From: Candidatus Omnitrophota bacterium
GTDB taxonomy: Bacteria; Omnitrophota; Gorgyraeia; Gygaellales; Profunditerraquicolaceae
Length of the DNA stretch: 64,000 bases
Assembly: GCA_023247825.1 (NCBI GenBank)
Contig: JAHFFR010000001.1
Location: 23,009-87,008 of the forward strand
Direction: 5' to 3'
Shown piece after piece: positions 18,724 through 28,633 of this stretch. A program made the translations under genes and the position numbers. The stretch's first letter is position 1. Each line of letters begins with the position of its first letter. Under the pieces are notes generated by a model. It was not told where the DNA came from and searched no databases. It saw only the letters and a list, made by a program, of their open reading frames with translations.

Positions 18724-20265
18724 TTAGAAACTAAGCAGAGCCATCCCGCCTTTTAATAACTTATTCTTTTTAATGGAATCGGCATTGCCGATAATGCGAA
18801 CTGCTTGTGCCCCTGCCAATTGCCCCATAAAAGTAACCAGGTCTATCGGCAGGCCTTTTGCAGCCGCCAAAGAAGTCACAGAGCAAAAGGCGTCCCCTGC
18901 ACCCACGGTATCAACTACAGATTGCTCAAAAGGCATACACTCACATTCAGGTTCGCCGGATTTTACGCCGATTGTATCCGTGGCGCCGCGAGTTAGCCAG
19001 CCATAACGTGCGAACAACTTGTGTTGTAACTTTTTTAATTCTTCGGAAAAATTTATATTTCGTCTGCCGCAAGCCAAAGTTAGCTCTGTTTCATCTAAAG
19101 AAAATGAATCCGCGCGATGATATTTTTTATCGATTATATTAAAACCATAGTTATAACTGTTGGTCTGGCAATTAAGAGCTAGAAACGGCGACTTTTTCTG
19201 GACAAGTTCGCGAACTTTCTCCTGCATAAGGCCATGGCCAAAATCCATCACCATAACCAAATCATAATCTTTTATGCAACTATTTATAACACCGCAAAGC
19301 GAGGTTTGAATCTTTTCGTCTAAATACTGCTCTTTTATTATGTTAATAGCGAATAGCTTGGATAATTCTTTCCCTTCAGAAGGCGGCTCAACAAAACGCT
19401 GTTTGATAATAGTAGTAAAATCAGGGCTGCGGATTATTCCATCTTCATTAGGGCTTACATATTTAGCTAAAGCCGGACCTACCCATTCCTCCGTACCTAC
19501 CAAACTAACAAGTTTAACATTAGAGGTGAACTGTTTTACGTGGCGAAAAACCGCCAAGGCGCCGCCTGCCTGCGTTTCTTCGGCCAAAAATCTTGTGGAA
19601 ATAATGCGGTTTTTAGACGTAAGACCCTGCACTTTAACCGAAGAATATCGATCAAAAATGACATCCCCAATAATTAAAACTTTTAAATTCCTAAAACTAT
19701 CCACTATCTCCCTGAATTGGTTCGGCGTGTATTTTGCCGCCAGTTTCTTACAGAATTCTTTCATTGGTTTAGGGTGAACTTCAAAATGATTATTAAGTAG
19801 CTTTGTTGAACTAAAAACAACTGAACCTACATAATGCACCCGGCCGCCTAAGCGCTCCACAGCTTGAATATCATCGTGAATATTACCGGTTACGTCAACC
19901 TGAGGGTCTTCATACTCTTTTCCTTTACAATATATATGCGGACGGATACACTCTATCGCTTCGCGGGCGGCAGGGAAAGGTACTACTACCACATAATCGA
20001 CATATTCTAAAGATGACAGATATTTAACTCTGATCTCATCATTAAAATACGGCCGGCCCGGGCCTTTATTCACATATTCCTCTGCGGTAATAGTTACTAC
20101 TAAGATATCGCCCATAGCCTTAGCTTCTTCAAAATGAACAATGTGGCCGGGGTGAAGAAGATCAAATGTTCCGTGGCATTGAACGATTTTTTTGCCCTCG
20201 TTTTTAAGTTTAGCGAAAACACGCGGAGCATCCTGAAAAGAAAGGCCCTTCTTAGAACTAAGCAT
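18724..20265 (-). CDS. Bifunctional sugar-1-phosphate nucleotidyltransferase (cytidylyltransferase-like, N-terminal) / PfkB-family sugar kinase (C-terminal); HldE/RfaE-like but with inverted domain order
   Basis: N-terminal CHGTFDLLHPGHIVHF (HxGH motif). C-terminal DTVGAGDAFCS (ribokinase/PfkB GAGD motif). 513 aa. Confidence 0.75.
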   Translation of the reverse strand: MLSSKKGLSFQDAPRVFAKLKNEGKKIVQCHGTFDLLHPGHIVHFEEAKAMGDILVVTITAEEYVNKGPGRPYFNDEIRVKYLSSLEYVDYVVVVPFPAAREAIECIRPHIYCKGKEYEDPQVDVTGNIHDDIQAVERLGGRVHYVGSVVFSSTKLLNNHFEVHPKPMKEFCKKLAAKYTPNQFREIVDSFRNLKVLIIGDVIFDRYSSVKVQGLTSKNRIISTRFLAEETQAGGALAVFRHVKQFTSNVKLVSLVGTEEWVGPALAKYVSPNEDGIIRSPDFTTIIKQRFVEPPSEGKELSKLFAINIIKEQYLDEKIQTSLCGVINSCIKDYDLVMVMDFGHGLMQEKVRELVQKKSPFLALNCQTNSYNYGFNIIDKKYHRADSFSLDETELTLACGRRNINFSEELKKLQHKLFARYGWLTRGATDTIGVKSGEPECECMPFEQSVVDTVGAGDAFCSVTSLAAAKGLPIDLVTFMGQLAGAQAVRIIGNADSIKKNKLLKGGMALLSF

Positions 20266-20277
20266 TGCTACTTACTC

Positions 20278-21288
20278 CTATTCTTTATGAACATATTCAA
20301 ACGGCTGCTTTTTTAACTCTTTGAGATTATCATCTACCCAATTTATTGTTTCCCGTATGCCATCTTCCAGCTTGATACGATCTGTCCAACCTAATTCATC
20401 GCGCAACTTACTGCTATCCAATAAATATGCCGCATCCTTACCCGGATTCTCACCCACTATTTCAACAAGTTTTGTAAAATTTGCTTGCATCATTTTGCAA
20501 ATCGATTCTACTAAGACCTTTATAGAGATATATGAATCTGTAGATATATGATATATTTCCCCCACAGTCCCTTTTTGCGCGATTTTTAGAGTAGCTGCCG
20601 CCATATCCCGAATATGAATAAAAGAACGCACTGAATGCCCCCCGCCACGTAATTGCAGTTTCTTGCCAAGTTTTATATAAAGAATAGTTCGAGGTATTAC
20701 CCTATAGAGTTGTTGTCCTGGGCCATAGACATTGGCTGCGCGCGTAAAAACTACTGGAAATTTATAACGATTAAAGAATGTCTTCAGGTGCAGATCACAA
20801 GCTGCTCTTGAAGCAGCATAAGGAGTGCTGGGATTAAATAACATTGACTCGGTTACTTTCCCGGCACAATTACCATATACCTCCGGAGTTGACACATGGA
20901 CATATTTTTTCAGAAAATTGAACTTTCTTATTTTATCATGAAGCTTTACGTTACCGACGACATTAGTCTGATACCAATGTTCCGGATGCTCCCAGCTTTG
21001 AGCTACCATAGCCTGCGCGGCAAAATTTACAATGTAATCCGGGCAGAACTTCTTAATGCTACCGGCTATCCTATCTGTATCACAATTTATATCAAGCTTT
21101 TCAAACCTGAATGAGCCTGATTTATTTATATCATTCCACTTATACGGCAAAAACATGGCAGGCGACTCATGAGAACGACTTATACCTAATATTTCCATTC
21201 CTAAAGCAAGGCAATGTGCCGCAAAACTTGCCCCGGAAAAAGAATTGCTTCCTATTACAGCTATCTTCTCGCGCAGCTTAATCATCAA
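20278..21288 (-). CDS. NDP-sugar 4,6-dehydratase/epimerase-family extended SDR
   Basis: 336 aa. The usual YxxxK motif reads PYAASRAACD, with Arg at the Lys position. Confidence 0.65.
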   Translation of the reverse strand: MMIKLREKIAVIGSNSFSGASFAAHCLALGMEILGISRSHESPAMFLPYKWNDINKSGSFRFEKLDINCDTDRIAGSIKKFCPDYIVNFAAQAMVAQSWEHPEHWYQTNVVGNVKLHDKIRKFNFLKKYVHVSTPEVYGNCAGKVTESMLFNPSTPYAASRAACDLHLKTFFNRYKFPVVFTRAANVYGPGQQLYRVIPRTILYIKLGKKLQLRGGGHSVRSFIHIRDMAAATLKIAQKGTVGEIYHISTDSYISIKVLVESICKMMQANFTKLVEIVGENPGKDAAYLLDSSKLRDELGWTDRIKLEDGIRETINWVDDNLKELKKQPFEYVHKE

Positions 21289-21847
21289 GCATTCCTTTCT
21301 TAAGCCACTGCACCAACATATGCCCGACTATAAGCTGCAGATCCTCCGCTATTTGCATATCATTAACAGAAAAATGTATAGGGATATCCACCAAGCTTAA
21401 ACATTTACCTCCGTCAAATCCTAGGATCGCGCAAGTTAAAATACCATTATTTTTGGCACTATCTATTGCCTTCAAAATATTTGGAGAATTACCGCTTCCG
21501 GAAAGAACAATAAGAAGATCGCCTTTCCTCCCCAATCGTTCCAATTGGAATGAAAAAATATTCTCATATCCGGCATCATTAGATAAGCAGGTCAAAACAG
21601 CCTGATTGGCCGGCAATGCTGTAACTTTTATCCCATTGCCTTTCCATTTTAACTGAAGACACAGTAGGTCATTAGCTATATGCATCGCATTGGTAGCACT
21701 CCCACCGTTACCGCACAAAAATACATGCCGATCTTCTTTCTGAAAAGACAGGATCTTTTGGGCAAGCTGCGCTACCGGCGACCAGTCAAAAGATTGCATA
21801 CAATTAATTAGACGGTCCTGGTAATTTTTAATGGTTTCTTTTGGCAT
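21278..21847 (-). CDS. gmhA: Sedoheptulose-7-phosphate isomerase (SIS domain)
   Basis: SIS motif FLCGNGGSATNAMHIANDL. 189 aa. Confidence 0.8.
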   Translation of the reverse strand: MPKETIKNYQDRLINCMQSFDWSPVAQLAQKILSFQKEDRHVFLCGNGGSATNAMHIANDLLCLQLKWKGNGIKVTALPANQAVLTCLSNDAGYENIFSFQLERLGRKGDLLIVLSGSGNSPNILKAIDSAKNNGILTCAILGFDGGKCLSLVDIPIHFSVNDMQIAEDLQLIVGHMLVQWLKKGMLDD

Positions 21848-23012
21848 ATATTATCCTCTTTTTAAAAAAATCCTCCATAATTTTCTTCAAAAACCTTAAT
21901 TTCTCCATATTTACAAATTGGTTATTCCCAATATAAAAAGCATTGTTATGAAGAAAATCCGCATTTTTAAAGTTTTCAGGGTCATAATAAGTTTTTAGAA
22001 ACGGTTGCAACAATAAATTGCCGCTAATAAGAGGCCTAGATTCTATCCCATGCTTTGTAATAAACTTTTGAAATTTCCTCTTTTTTATCTGATCCTTGAA
22101 AAAAAATGGCAGGCTAAAGGATGAAACACCTTTTGACTTTAACAAAATTAACTCATCGTATTTCCTGCACATTTCCATAAAATCAGCATAGTTTGAATTT
22201 CGAATTCCTATATAATTATCTATTCTTTCTAACTGGCTCAGGCCTATTTCGGCGTGTAATTCGGTATTGCGCATGTTAAATCCATCCGTTAAAAATAAGA
22301 ACCTGAAATCGATGTTTTTATTTCTTTTTCTTATCTCTCTATGGTACTTAAGGGGTAACTCGCGGGCCAATCCATGAGAACGTTTTAATAGTAAAATTTT
22401 ATAAAGCTCCTCATCATCGGTACAAATCATACCTCCCTCAACCGTAGTCATATGATGGCCCCAATAAAAACTGAACGTGCTGCCGATTCCAAAGCTCCCC
22501 ACTTTTTGGCTACCTATCGTTGCCCCCTGAGATTCACAACAATCTTCCAAAATAGCAATAGAACGATTACCAACAATTTTATTTATTAAAAGCATGTTTG
22601 CAGGTATTCCAATAAGGTGAGTCACAAAAATGGCCCGCGTATTTTTGGTTATTGATTTTCCCAATCTTTTGTAATCAAAGGATAAATCTTTAAGATTCAC
22701 ATCTACAAATACAGGTTTAAGTCCATTTTGAATTACGGGACCAATATTCGTAGGCCAGGTAACGGCAGGCACGATGATTTCATCATCTGCTGTCCATTTA
22801 TTTAATTCTTTCAACGCGTTAATTAAAAGGAAATTTGCTGAACTGCCTGAATTGACATAGACGCAATTTTTGCATTTCTGCCATTGGGAGAATTTCTTCT
22901 CAAACCTGCTTACAGTCTTAAACTGAGTAAAACGCGATGTGCTTTTAATAAATGCAATCAGCAAGTCTAAATCGCGTCTATTTAACACATCTTCTTGTAA
23001 TTTCCAAAACAT
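21828..23012 (-). CDS. DegT/DnrJ/EryC1-family PLP enzyme with His in place of the Schiff-base Lys; ColD/E1-type sugar 3-dehydratase candidate
   Basis: FSFYWGHHMTTVEGGMICT where canonical aminotransferases have ...SFHxxKxxTxGEGG. 394 aa. Confidence 0.65.
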   Translation of the reverse strand: MFWKLQEDVLNRRDLDLLIAFIKSTSRFTQFKTVSRFEKKFSQWQKCKNCVYVNSGSSANFLLINALKELNKWTADDEIIVPAVTWPTNIGPVIQNGLKPVFVDVNLKDLSFDYKRLGKSITKNTRAIFVTHLIGIPANMLLINKIVGNRSIAILEDCCESQGATIGSQKVGSFGIGSTFSFYWGHHMTTVEGGMICTDDEELYKILLLKRSHGLARELPLKYHREIRKRNKNIDFRFLFLTDGFNMRNTELHAEIGLSQLERIDNYIGIRNSNYADFMEMCRKYDELILLKSKGVSSFSLPFFFKDQIKKRKFQKFITKHGIESRPLISGNLLLQPFLKTYYDPENFKNADFLHNNAFYIGNNQFVNMEKLRFLKKIMEDFFKKRIIYAKRNH

Positions 23013-23832
23013 TCAATCTCCTTATTGCCTCGTTATTTACATATTTTCTCTCATTATCAAAAAACCATCCCCATTTATTGAAATATTTAACCCCGGAAAA
23101 AATAAGATATTTAAAAAGTTCTATGTTCTTATTAGAGCCTCTTTCATAATCATGATAAACAACTGCCTCTGGATAATATACAGTATGGTATAGCTTGTGT
23201 ATCCTTCTGGATAAATCAACATCTTCAAAATAGACAAAAAACCGTTCATCGAATACGCCTATCTTTTCAAAGACATCGGTTCTCACAAACATAAAACATC
23301 CCGATAAATACGGCACATCCATTGTCTTTGTGTAATTGGCAAATCTGAGTTCATACTTACTTATTAAATTAACACAAAGGCTTAAAACCTTGACATTAAA
23401 TTTTCTGAGTAATAAATCAGCGGGATTGGGTAGTAAACGGCATAGATATTGTAATGAGCCATCAGGATACAACACCCTCGGCATAACAGAGCCAAGCTTC
23501 TCGTTTTTCTCCATAAAACTAAATAACTTCTCAAGCGTTCCATTATTAAAATAAACATCCGGATTAAAAATCAAAGAATATTTCGTTATGCCCATCATCT
23601 TCCGTATAGCAATATTATGACCGGCGCCAAAGCCCAAATTATTATTGTTAAAAATATATTCCACATTCTTCCTATCGCAGATATCCCTCAAATCATCAGT
23701 TGGGGAATTGTCTATTATGCAAAGATGTGTATTTAGCGCGGTATTCAAAAAACTCGTAACCGCTCTTTCTAAAACATCTCTGTCATTTTTAAATACTACT
23801 ATTGAACCGGAGATATCGTACGTCTTATTCAT
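22978..23832 (-). CDS. Glycosyltransferase family 2
   Basis: GT-A N-terminal region (SIVVFKNDRDVLERAVTSFLN ... IIDNSPTDD). 284 aa. Confidence 0.75.
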   Translation of the reverse strand: MNKTYDISGSIVVFKNDRDVLERAVTSFLNTALNTHLCIIDNSPTDDLRDICDRKNVEYIFNNNNLGFGAGHNIAIRKMMGITKYSLIFNPDVYFNNGTLEKLFSFMEKNEKLGSVMPRVLYPDGSLQYLCRLLPNPADLLLRKFNVKVLSLCVNLISKYELRFANYTKTMDVPYLSGCFMFVRTDVFEKIGVFDERFFVYFEDVDLSRRIHKLYHTVYYPEAVVYHDYERGSNKNIELFKYLIFSGVKYFNKWGWFFDNERKYVNNEAIRRLNVLEITRRCVK

Positions 23833-25069
23833 AGTGCCGTATCCTGTTTAACCTAATAGCTTCTTCGTAATTTAAGATCAACTCTTTAATATGTTGAGAT
23901 GCTTCGTACCGCTTTACACAATTTTTGGCATTATTACCAAGTCTTGCCAAAGCTTCCGGATTTTTTATAATGTTTTCTAACACTTGCTTTAATTTATCGA
24001 CATCTCCGGGGTCAAACAAAAAACCATTATAATTATTTTTTACTACCTCGGTAATACCGCCAATACGAGACGCAACTACTGGAATCCCAGCTCTAAAGGC
24101 TTCTAAAATAACGATCCCAAAGACCTCATTCCATATTGAAGGAACAACCAAAATATCAGATTTATTATAACAGCCCCCTATGTCGTCATTGCTGATTTCC
24201 CCGTAAAATGTTATTCTTTTGTCTGAGTTAGCCATATTCTCCAGTTTATTTTTATACTTGCCGGAGCCAACGATTGCTAATCTCAAATTATCATTTTTTA
24301 TCCGCTTTACCGCCTCTATCAAAATTTGAATTCCTTTGTGCCTGGTCAGACTGCCAACATATAAAATATTTAAATTCGGCTTATTGATACCGACACTATC
24401 TGTACCAAAATTAGTATTGTTTAATTGTATCGGATACGGCAATATGACTTTTTTTGTTTTTTTGAAAAATCCGTTATCTCGGAATATGCGGGAGATAAAC
24501 TCCGATGGAAAAATAACGACATCCGCCTTGTTATCAATGATCTTTTTGGTTAATATTCTGTAGAGTTTGCAAAATTTACTTATATTCTTATCTGCGCAAA
24601 TCTCTCCTGATTTGTGCAAAAGAACTACCCGTCGGCATAATAAAAGGTAGTCATGCGCTGTGAATACTAAAGGTAACTTCATCTTTTTTACCGCATCAAA
24701 TGCGGACAGCGTAATATCTAAAGGAGTATGGAGATGGACAACATCGGGACTTTCCTTCCTAAGTATCGCAACGATTTTCGCATATGAATATCGATTATAG
24801 ATATCTAAAACTGTCCATAACCCTTGCAATAAAATTGACTTTTTACCGATTTCAGAACACGTGGAAATATTAAAAGGATGGAAGCAATAAATTTTTATTG
24901 CGCCATGAATTTTTATCGAGTCTTTTCTGTCTGGACTCGCAGTAATTACGACAACCTCATAATTTCTTTCCTGCAATTCTTTAACAATAGTATTTGTATA
25001 TACATTTGACCCGCCTATTAAATCCGGAGAATACGTATTAGTTATTATACAAACTTTCATAATTATCAA
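23825..25069 (-). CDS. Glycosyltransferase family 4 (GT-B)
   Basis: E(x7)E-like C-terminal motif EVFGIVILEAFRAGIPVVASRIGG. 414 aa. Confidence 0.8.
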   Translation of the reverse strand: MIIMKVCIITNTYSPDLIGGSNVYTNTIVKELQERNYEVVVITASPDRKDSIKIHGAIKIYCFHPFNISTCSEIGKKSILLQGLWTVLDIYNRYSYAKIVAILRKESPDVVHLHTPLDITLSAFDAVKKMKLPLVFTAHDYLLLCRRVVLLHKSGEICADKNISKFCKLYRILTKKIIDNKADVVIFPSEFISRIFRDNGFFKKTKKVILPYPIQLNNTNFGTDSVGINKPNLNILYVGSLTRHKGIQILIEAVKRIKNDNLRLAIVGSGKYKNKLENMANSDKRITFYGEISNDDIGGCYNKSDILVVPSIWNEVFGIVILEAFRAGIPVVASRIGGITEVVKNNYNGFLFDPGDVDKLKQVLENIIKNPEALARLGNNAKNCVKRYEASQHIKELILNYEEAIRLNRIRHYE

Positions 25070-25074
25070 ACTAC

Positions 25075-26319
25075 TTAGTGATCGTGTCCTACTTTAAGGG
25101 ACATATTCTTATTCACAAAATAATACATGAAAACAAAAAATATAAGACCGCCGTAAAAATAATTCCCCTGCCGCAATAGACTTAAGATAAATAAACAAAC
25201 AATTGAATTACTGATAGCCCATAAATGATTGTCTTTTTTTCTCGAAACATAAAATTTAATAATAAAATAAAGAAACAAGAAAGTCCCTAGCAAACCAGTT
25301 TCCGAAATAAGCCTAAAAAATAACCCTGAGGCATCATCTCTGTTCAAAGTGCACCAAATTTCCGCTGGATTTATTATTTGCGCAATGTATCGATCATAGG
25401 ATGTGGGATGACTTCCTAACCCCGAACCAAATAAAGGATTGCGCATAAAGCTTTTGTACGCGATGAAACCATTGCTACAAAAAGCAAATGTACTTAAATT
25501 CACGCTATTGAGCGGTTTCTTACCGCTAATAACAGCAACTGTTTCACTAACTTTCATTTTGACTATGGGTAAATATCTATACGATATAAACATCGTAGCA
25601 ACCAGTATAACCGCACACGCGACTATTAATCTTACATTTCTGTAATTTAACATGATTAAAATGAAAGCGGCAACTATACCAACATAGACCACAAGCGAGA
25701 AAGTTAACAGGGTGCTTATAATTATTAAAAAACTTGCTTTTTTGCTAATAAAGTCGCTTCTCCGTTCTAAAATATTTAGAACTGAAATAAAGAATGCGGG
25801 GATCATTGCTGTGCCAAAATGGGTAGGCTCTTGCATAATCGATGTGACTCTCAACATCCCGGATTGTATCTGGGGGTTCACAATCCTCGGGATAAAATAT
25901 CTAAAATCATAGCCGTACTCAAACCCGATAAAAAAACTAATTTCTTGAAAAATTCCGATAAGCGCAACAACAAAAGCAAGTTGTAAATATACTCTAAAGA
26001 GCTTCTCTACGTTATAGTTATTTATACGTACAAGCAAATAATACACTATGCCATAAAAGATAAAGCCAATTGTTGGTTTCACTAGGGAAGAAATAGGATT
26101 ACTTAAATAAAGGGTATTTAAAAAAGAGGAAATAATAAACAATATTAAAACATAAGCAAAAGTTCTATTAATATTTATAGTTCTGTAATGAAAAATATAA
26201 AACAATAAGAAAAAGGCCATGAAGATATAGTTTATATAAAAATCGAATAAACCCGTTGGTAAGATAAAGCTACCGGTAAAAATATTACTAATCAATAAAT
26301 AATTGAATAAATTTATCAT
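25075..26319 (-). CDS. Wzy/O-antigen-ligase-like polytopic membrane protein
   Basis: More than 10 TM helices plus a periplasmic loop with an SIMQEPTHFG-type motif. Confidence 0.55.
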   Translation of the reverse strand: MINLFNYLLISNIFTGSFILPTGLFDFYINYIFMAFFLLFYIFHYRTININRTFAYVLILFIISSFLNTLYLSNPISSLVKPTIGFIFYGIVYYLLVRINNYNVEKLFRVYLQLAFVVALIGIFQEISFFIGFEYGYDFRYFIPRIVNPQIQSGMLRVTSIMQEPTHFGTAMIPAFFISVLNILERRSDFISKKASFLIIISTLLTFSLVVYVGIVAAFILIMLNYRNVRLIVACAVILVATMFISYRYLPIVKMKVSETVAVISGKKPLNSVNLSTFAFCSNGFIAYKSFMRNPLFGSGLGSHPTSYDRYIAQIINPAEIWCTLNRDDASGLFFRLISETGLLGTFLFLYFIIKFYVSRKKDNHLWAISNSIVCLFILSLLRQGNYFYGGLIFFVFMYYFVNKNMSLKVGHDH

Positions 26320-27368
26320 GCGTAACTATTACTTTCTATAGCCTTTTCGCTACGTTTTTGTCTATAAAAAATACCACTACGGATTATTTCACGTTTTATT
26401 TTTACAGCAACAGACACAAGTTTTCTATTCTTGCTTAACAACCGGCAAAACGTAACTATTCTGTGATTATATCCGAAGGCAAACAATTTATTTTTAAATT
26501 TCTCCCATGACTCAGGATCTTTAATATATGAGGAAACATTGATGATTGTATACCAAGGATGCTCACGCGTCATAACCTTCAAAAATGAATTTCTCACACC
26601 GAGATCATCCGAGAGATATTTATCCGCCAATCGCAAATAACCATCAAAATCAAGCAGGAATCTTTTTACTAATCCGTGCGCGTCCTGAAAGCTTACATTA
26701 TCATTACGCCATAGCACAAGAGAATCTCTGATATATTTTAGTCTGCATTTTTGTTTGATGAAAGAAAGAAGCGATGAAGCGAGAGCGTATGCTGTTCCAT
26801 CAAAATCATGATTATATCCCGCCTTAGCCCATTCTTCGCGACGTAACACGATTGAACTCATATAACTAAAGAGCGCGCAGATCGAATTTGCCTCATTGCA
26901 ATATTTTATTAATTCATTTTTGTCGTGAAGATTAAATACCTTATCCTTAATTTTCATGGAAAGAAAAATACGGTCCGATAGAGGCTTCATGAATAAATCG
27001 CATGCTGTCACGTTACACAGGTATATCTCGTATCCGGATTCGATCTCTTTTAAAATCCTATTTATTGCTCCGGGTTTAAGCAGGTCGTCGTCTGAAAGCA
27101 TCCAGCAATATTTCCCGCGCGAAAGCTCGATAGTTTTTGCCATATCCCTGTCAACACCCATCTTTTTTTCACCGCGATGGTAAACTAAGTTTTTAAATTT
27201 TTGCTGATAACTTTGCACCAATTCTTTTGTATTATCCGTAGATGCGCCATCTACGATAACGATTTCAACGTTATCGCTGGCCTGGGAAATAACATTCTCA
27301 AGGATCTCGCTGATAAAACTAGCGCGATTGTATGTAGGTATACATATAGAAAGTTTTATGTCCGCCAT
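26316..27368 (-). CDS. Glycosyltransferase family 2
   Basis: LSICIPTYNRASFI...VDGASTDNT. 350 aa. Confidence 0.8.
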   Translation of the reverse strand: MADIKLSICIPTYNRASFISEILENVISQASDNVEIVIVDGASTDNTKELVQSYQQKFKNLVYHRGEKKMGVDRDMAKTIELSRGKYCWMLSDDDLLKPGAINRILKEIESGYEIYLCNVTACDLFMKPLSDRIFLSMKIKDKVFNLHDKNELIKYCNEANSICALFSYMSSIVLRREEWAKAGYNHDFDGTAYALASSLLSFIKQKCRLKYIRDSLVLWRNDNVSFQDAHGLVKRFLLDFDGYLRLADKYLSDDLGVRNSFLKVMTREHPWYTIINVSSYIKDPESWEKFKNKLFAFGYNHRIVTFCRLLSKNRKLVSVAVKIKREIIRSGIFYRQKRSEKAIESNSYA

Positions 27369-27382
27369 ATGATTTTTGCGTA

Positions 27383-28633
27383 CTATGATTCTTTGCCCGC
27401 CTTTACAACTTCCAGATTAGGCAGCGGAAAAACCAAGCTGAATCGCCTGTACCTCTCTTGCGCTAAGAAGAACTTCCTGAAATGCCAGGGTAAAACAATA
27501 AGATAATCCGGCTTCCCGGCAAGCAATTCGTCCTCCGGGATGATTGGTATCCACGACCCCGGGGTATAACACCCATATTTCTCGACGTTGATCTCGCCAA
27601 TAAACGGCACATCTTTGCCTGTTAAACCGCAATATTGTAACAGTACATTTCCTTTTGTAGAGGCTCCGAGCGCCGCCACCGTTTTGCCTTCAGAACGAAC
27701 GGCTTTGAGAAACTTAAGCAAATCATTTTTTGCTTTTTCCGCTGTTTTGGCGAAATCCTGATAAGGCTTAAGCCCACTTAAGCCTCTCTCTTGTTCCAAA
27801 GAAAGAATTTTTTGTACTGAAGGGGCGATAGTTAAATCGTCATTTGCCTTTGAAACCATAACCGAAAAACTGCCTCCATTAACATCGTTAAACTCAACAT
27901 CTATAATTCGCAAGCCCACCTTATCCGCCATCCATTTAATCTGGCGCAGAGCATAGAATTCAAGATGTTCATGACAGACGGTGTCGTAGGAATTAGCCTC
28001 AAGCATAGCCGGCATATAGCTTTGTTCAAAAACCCAAACCCCGTTGTCTGCGAGCACATCATACACTTGCCTCATAAAATCTATTGGGTCTTCCAAATCG
28101 TAGAACATAGAGAACGAAGTTATTATTTTCGCCTTTTGCCCGGGAAAACGTTCTTTTAACAATGTGGAAGAAAATAATTCCGGGATCAATTGAATGTGCG
28201 GAGGATAATAGTTATGAAATTTGGCACCTGTGGGATCGATTCCGACAAGCATTAAACCGGAAGGCGGATAGGCCCGCAGTGTAGTGCTGTCATTGCTGCC
28301 GATATCGATAACGAGATCGCCTTTACGCAATTCGACCTGCCCAAGGATTTTTTTTACCTTGCCATGCAAATGTTCCACCATGCTCGCGTTAAGTCCGGAG
28401 CGATAGCCATAGTTTTCGCTGTACATCTCCCCCAAATCGTAGGAATGCTCAAGCTGCAACAGTCCGCAAACCTCATCGCCCCCCATGCATTTTACAAGAC
28501 ACAGAGGCCCAATCGTAACCTTCGTTCCTTTTTCACACGGGAATACGCCGGTCAACATCTGCTCTCCCAAATCGAGCACTCGCTCCAAATTCGCATTATT
28601 GCATATCCTGCATTTATCGACTTTTCTATACAT
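27383..28633 (-). CDS. TylC3-type NDP-hexose C-methyltransferase. The likely true start is the internal Met (MYRKVDKC...), forming a TAATG junction with the upstream gene
   Basis: Zn-ribbon CRICNN...C, motif I VIDIGSNDSTTL, and a C-MTase C-terminal domain. The annotated ORF 27383..28705 carries a 24-codon N-terminal extension that overlaps the upstream gene. Confidence 0.75.
   Translation of the reverse strand: MYRKVDKCRICNNANLERVLDLGEQMLTGVFPCEKGTKVTIGPLCLVKCMGGDEVCGLLQLEHSYDLGEMYSENYGYRSGLNASMVEHLHGKVKKILGQVELRKGDLVIDIGSNDSTTLRAYPPSGLMLVGIDPTGAKFHNYYPPHIQLIPELFSSTLLKERFPGQKAKIITSFSMFYDLEDPIDFMRQVYDVLADNGVWVFEQSYMPAMLEANSYDTVCHEHLEFYALRQIKWMADKVGLRIIDVEFNDVNGGSFSVMVSKANDDLTIAPSVQKILSLEQERGLSGLKPYQDFAKTAEKAKNDLLKFLKAVRSEGKTVAALGASTKGNVLLQYCGLTGKDVPFIGEINVEKYGCYTPGSWIPIIPEDELLAGKPDYLIVLPWHFRKFFLAQERYRRFSLVFPLPNLEVVKAGKES

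Noticed and set aside
27417-27632. Nested minus-strand ORFs inside larger genes (27417-27632, 29794-29979, 31755-32111, 55649-55849, 60923-61114, 61194-61379, 62204-62509)
   Set aside because: They are alternative frames within confidently assigned enzymes and show no independent signals.
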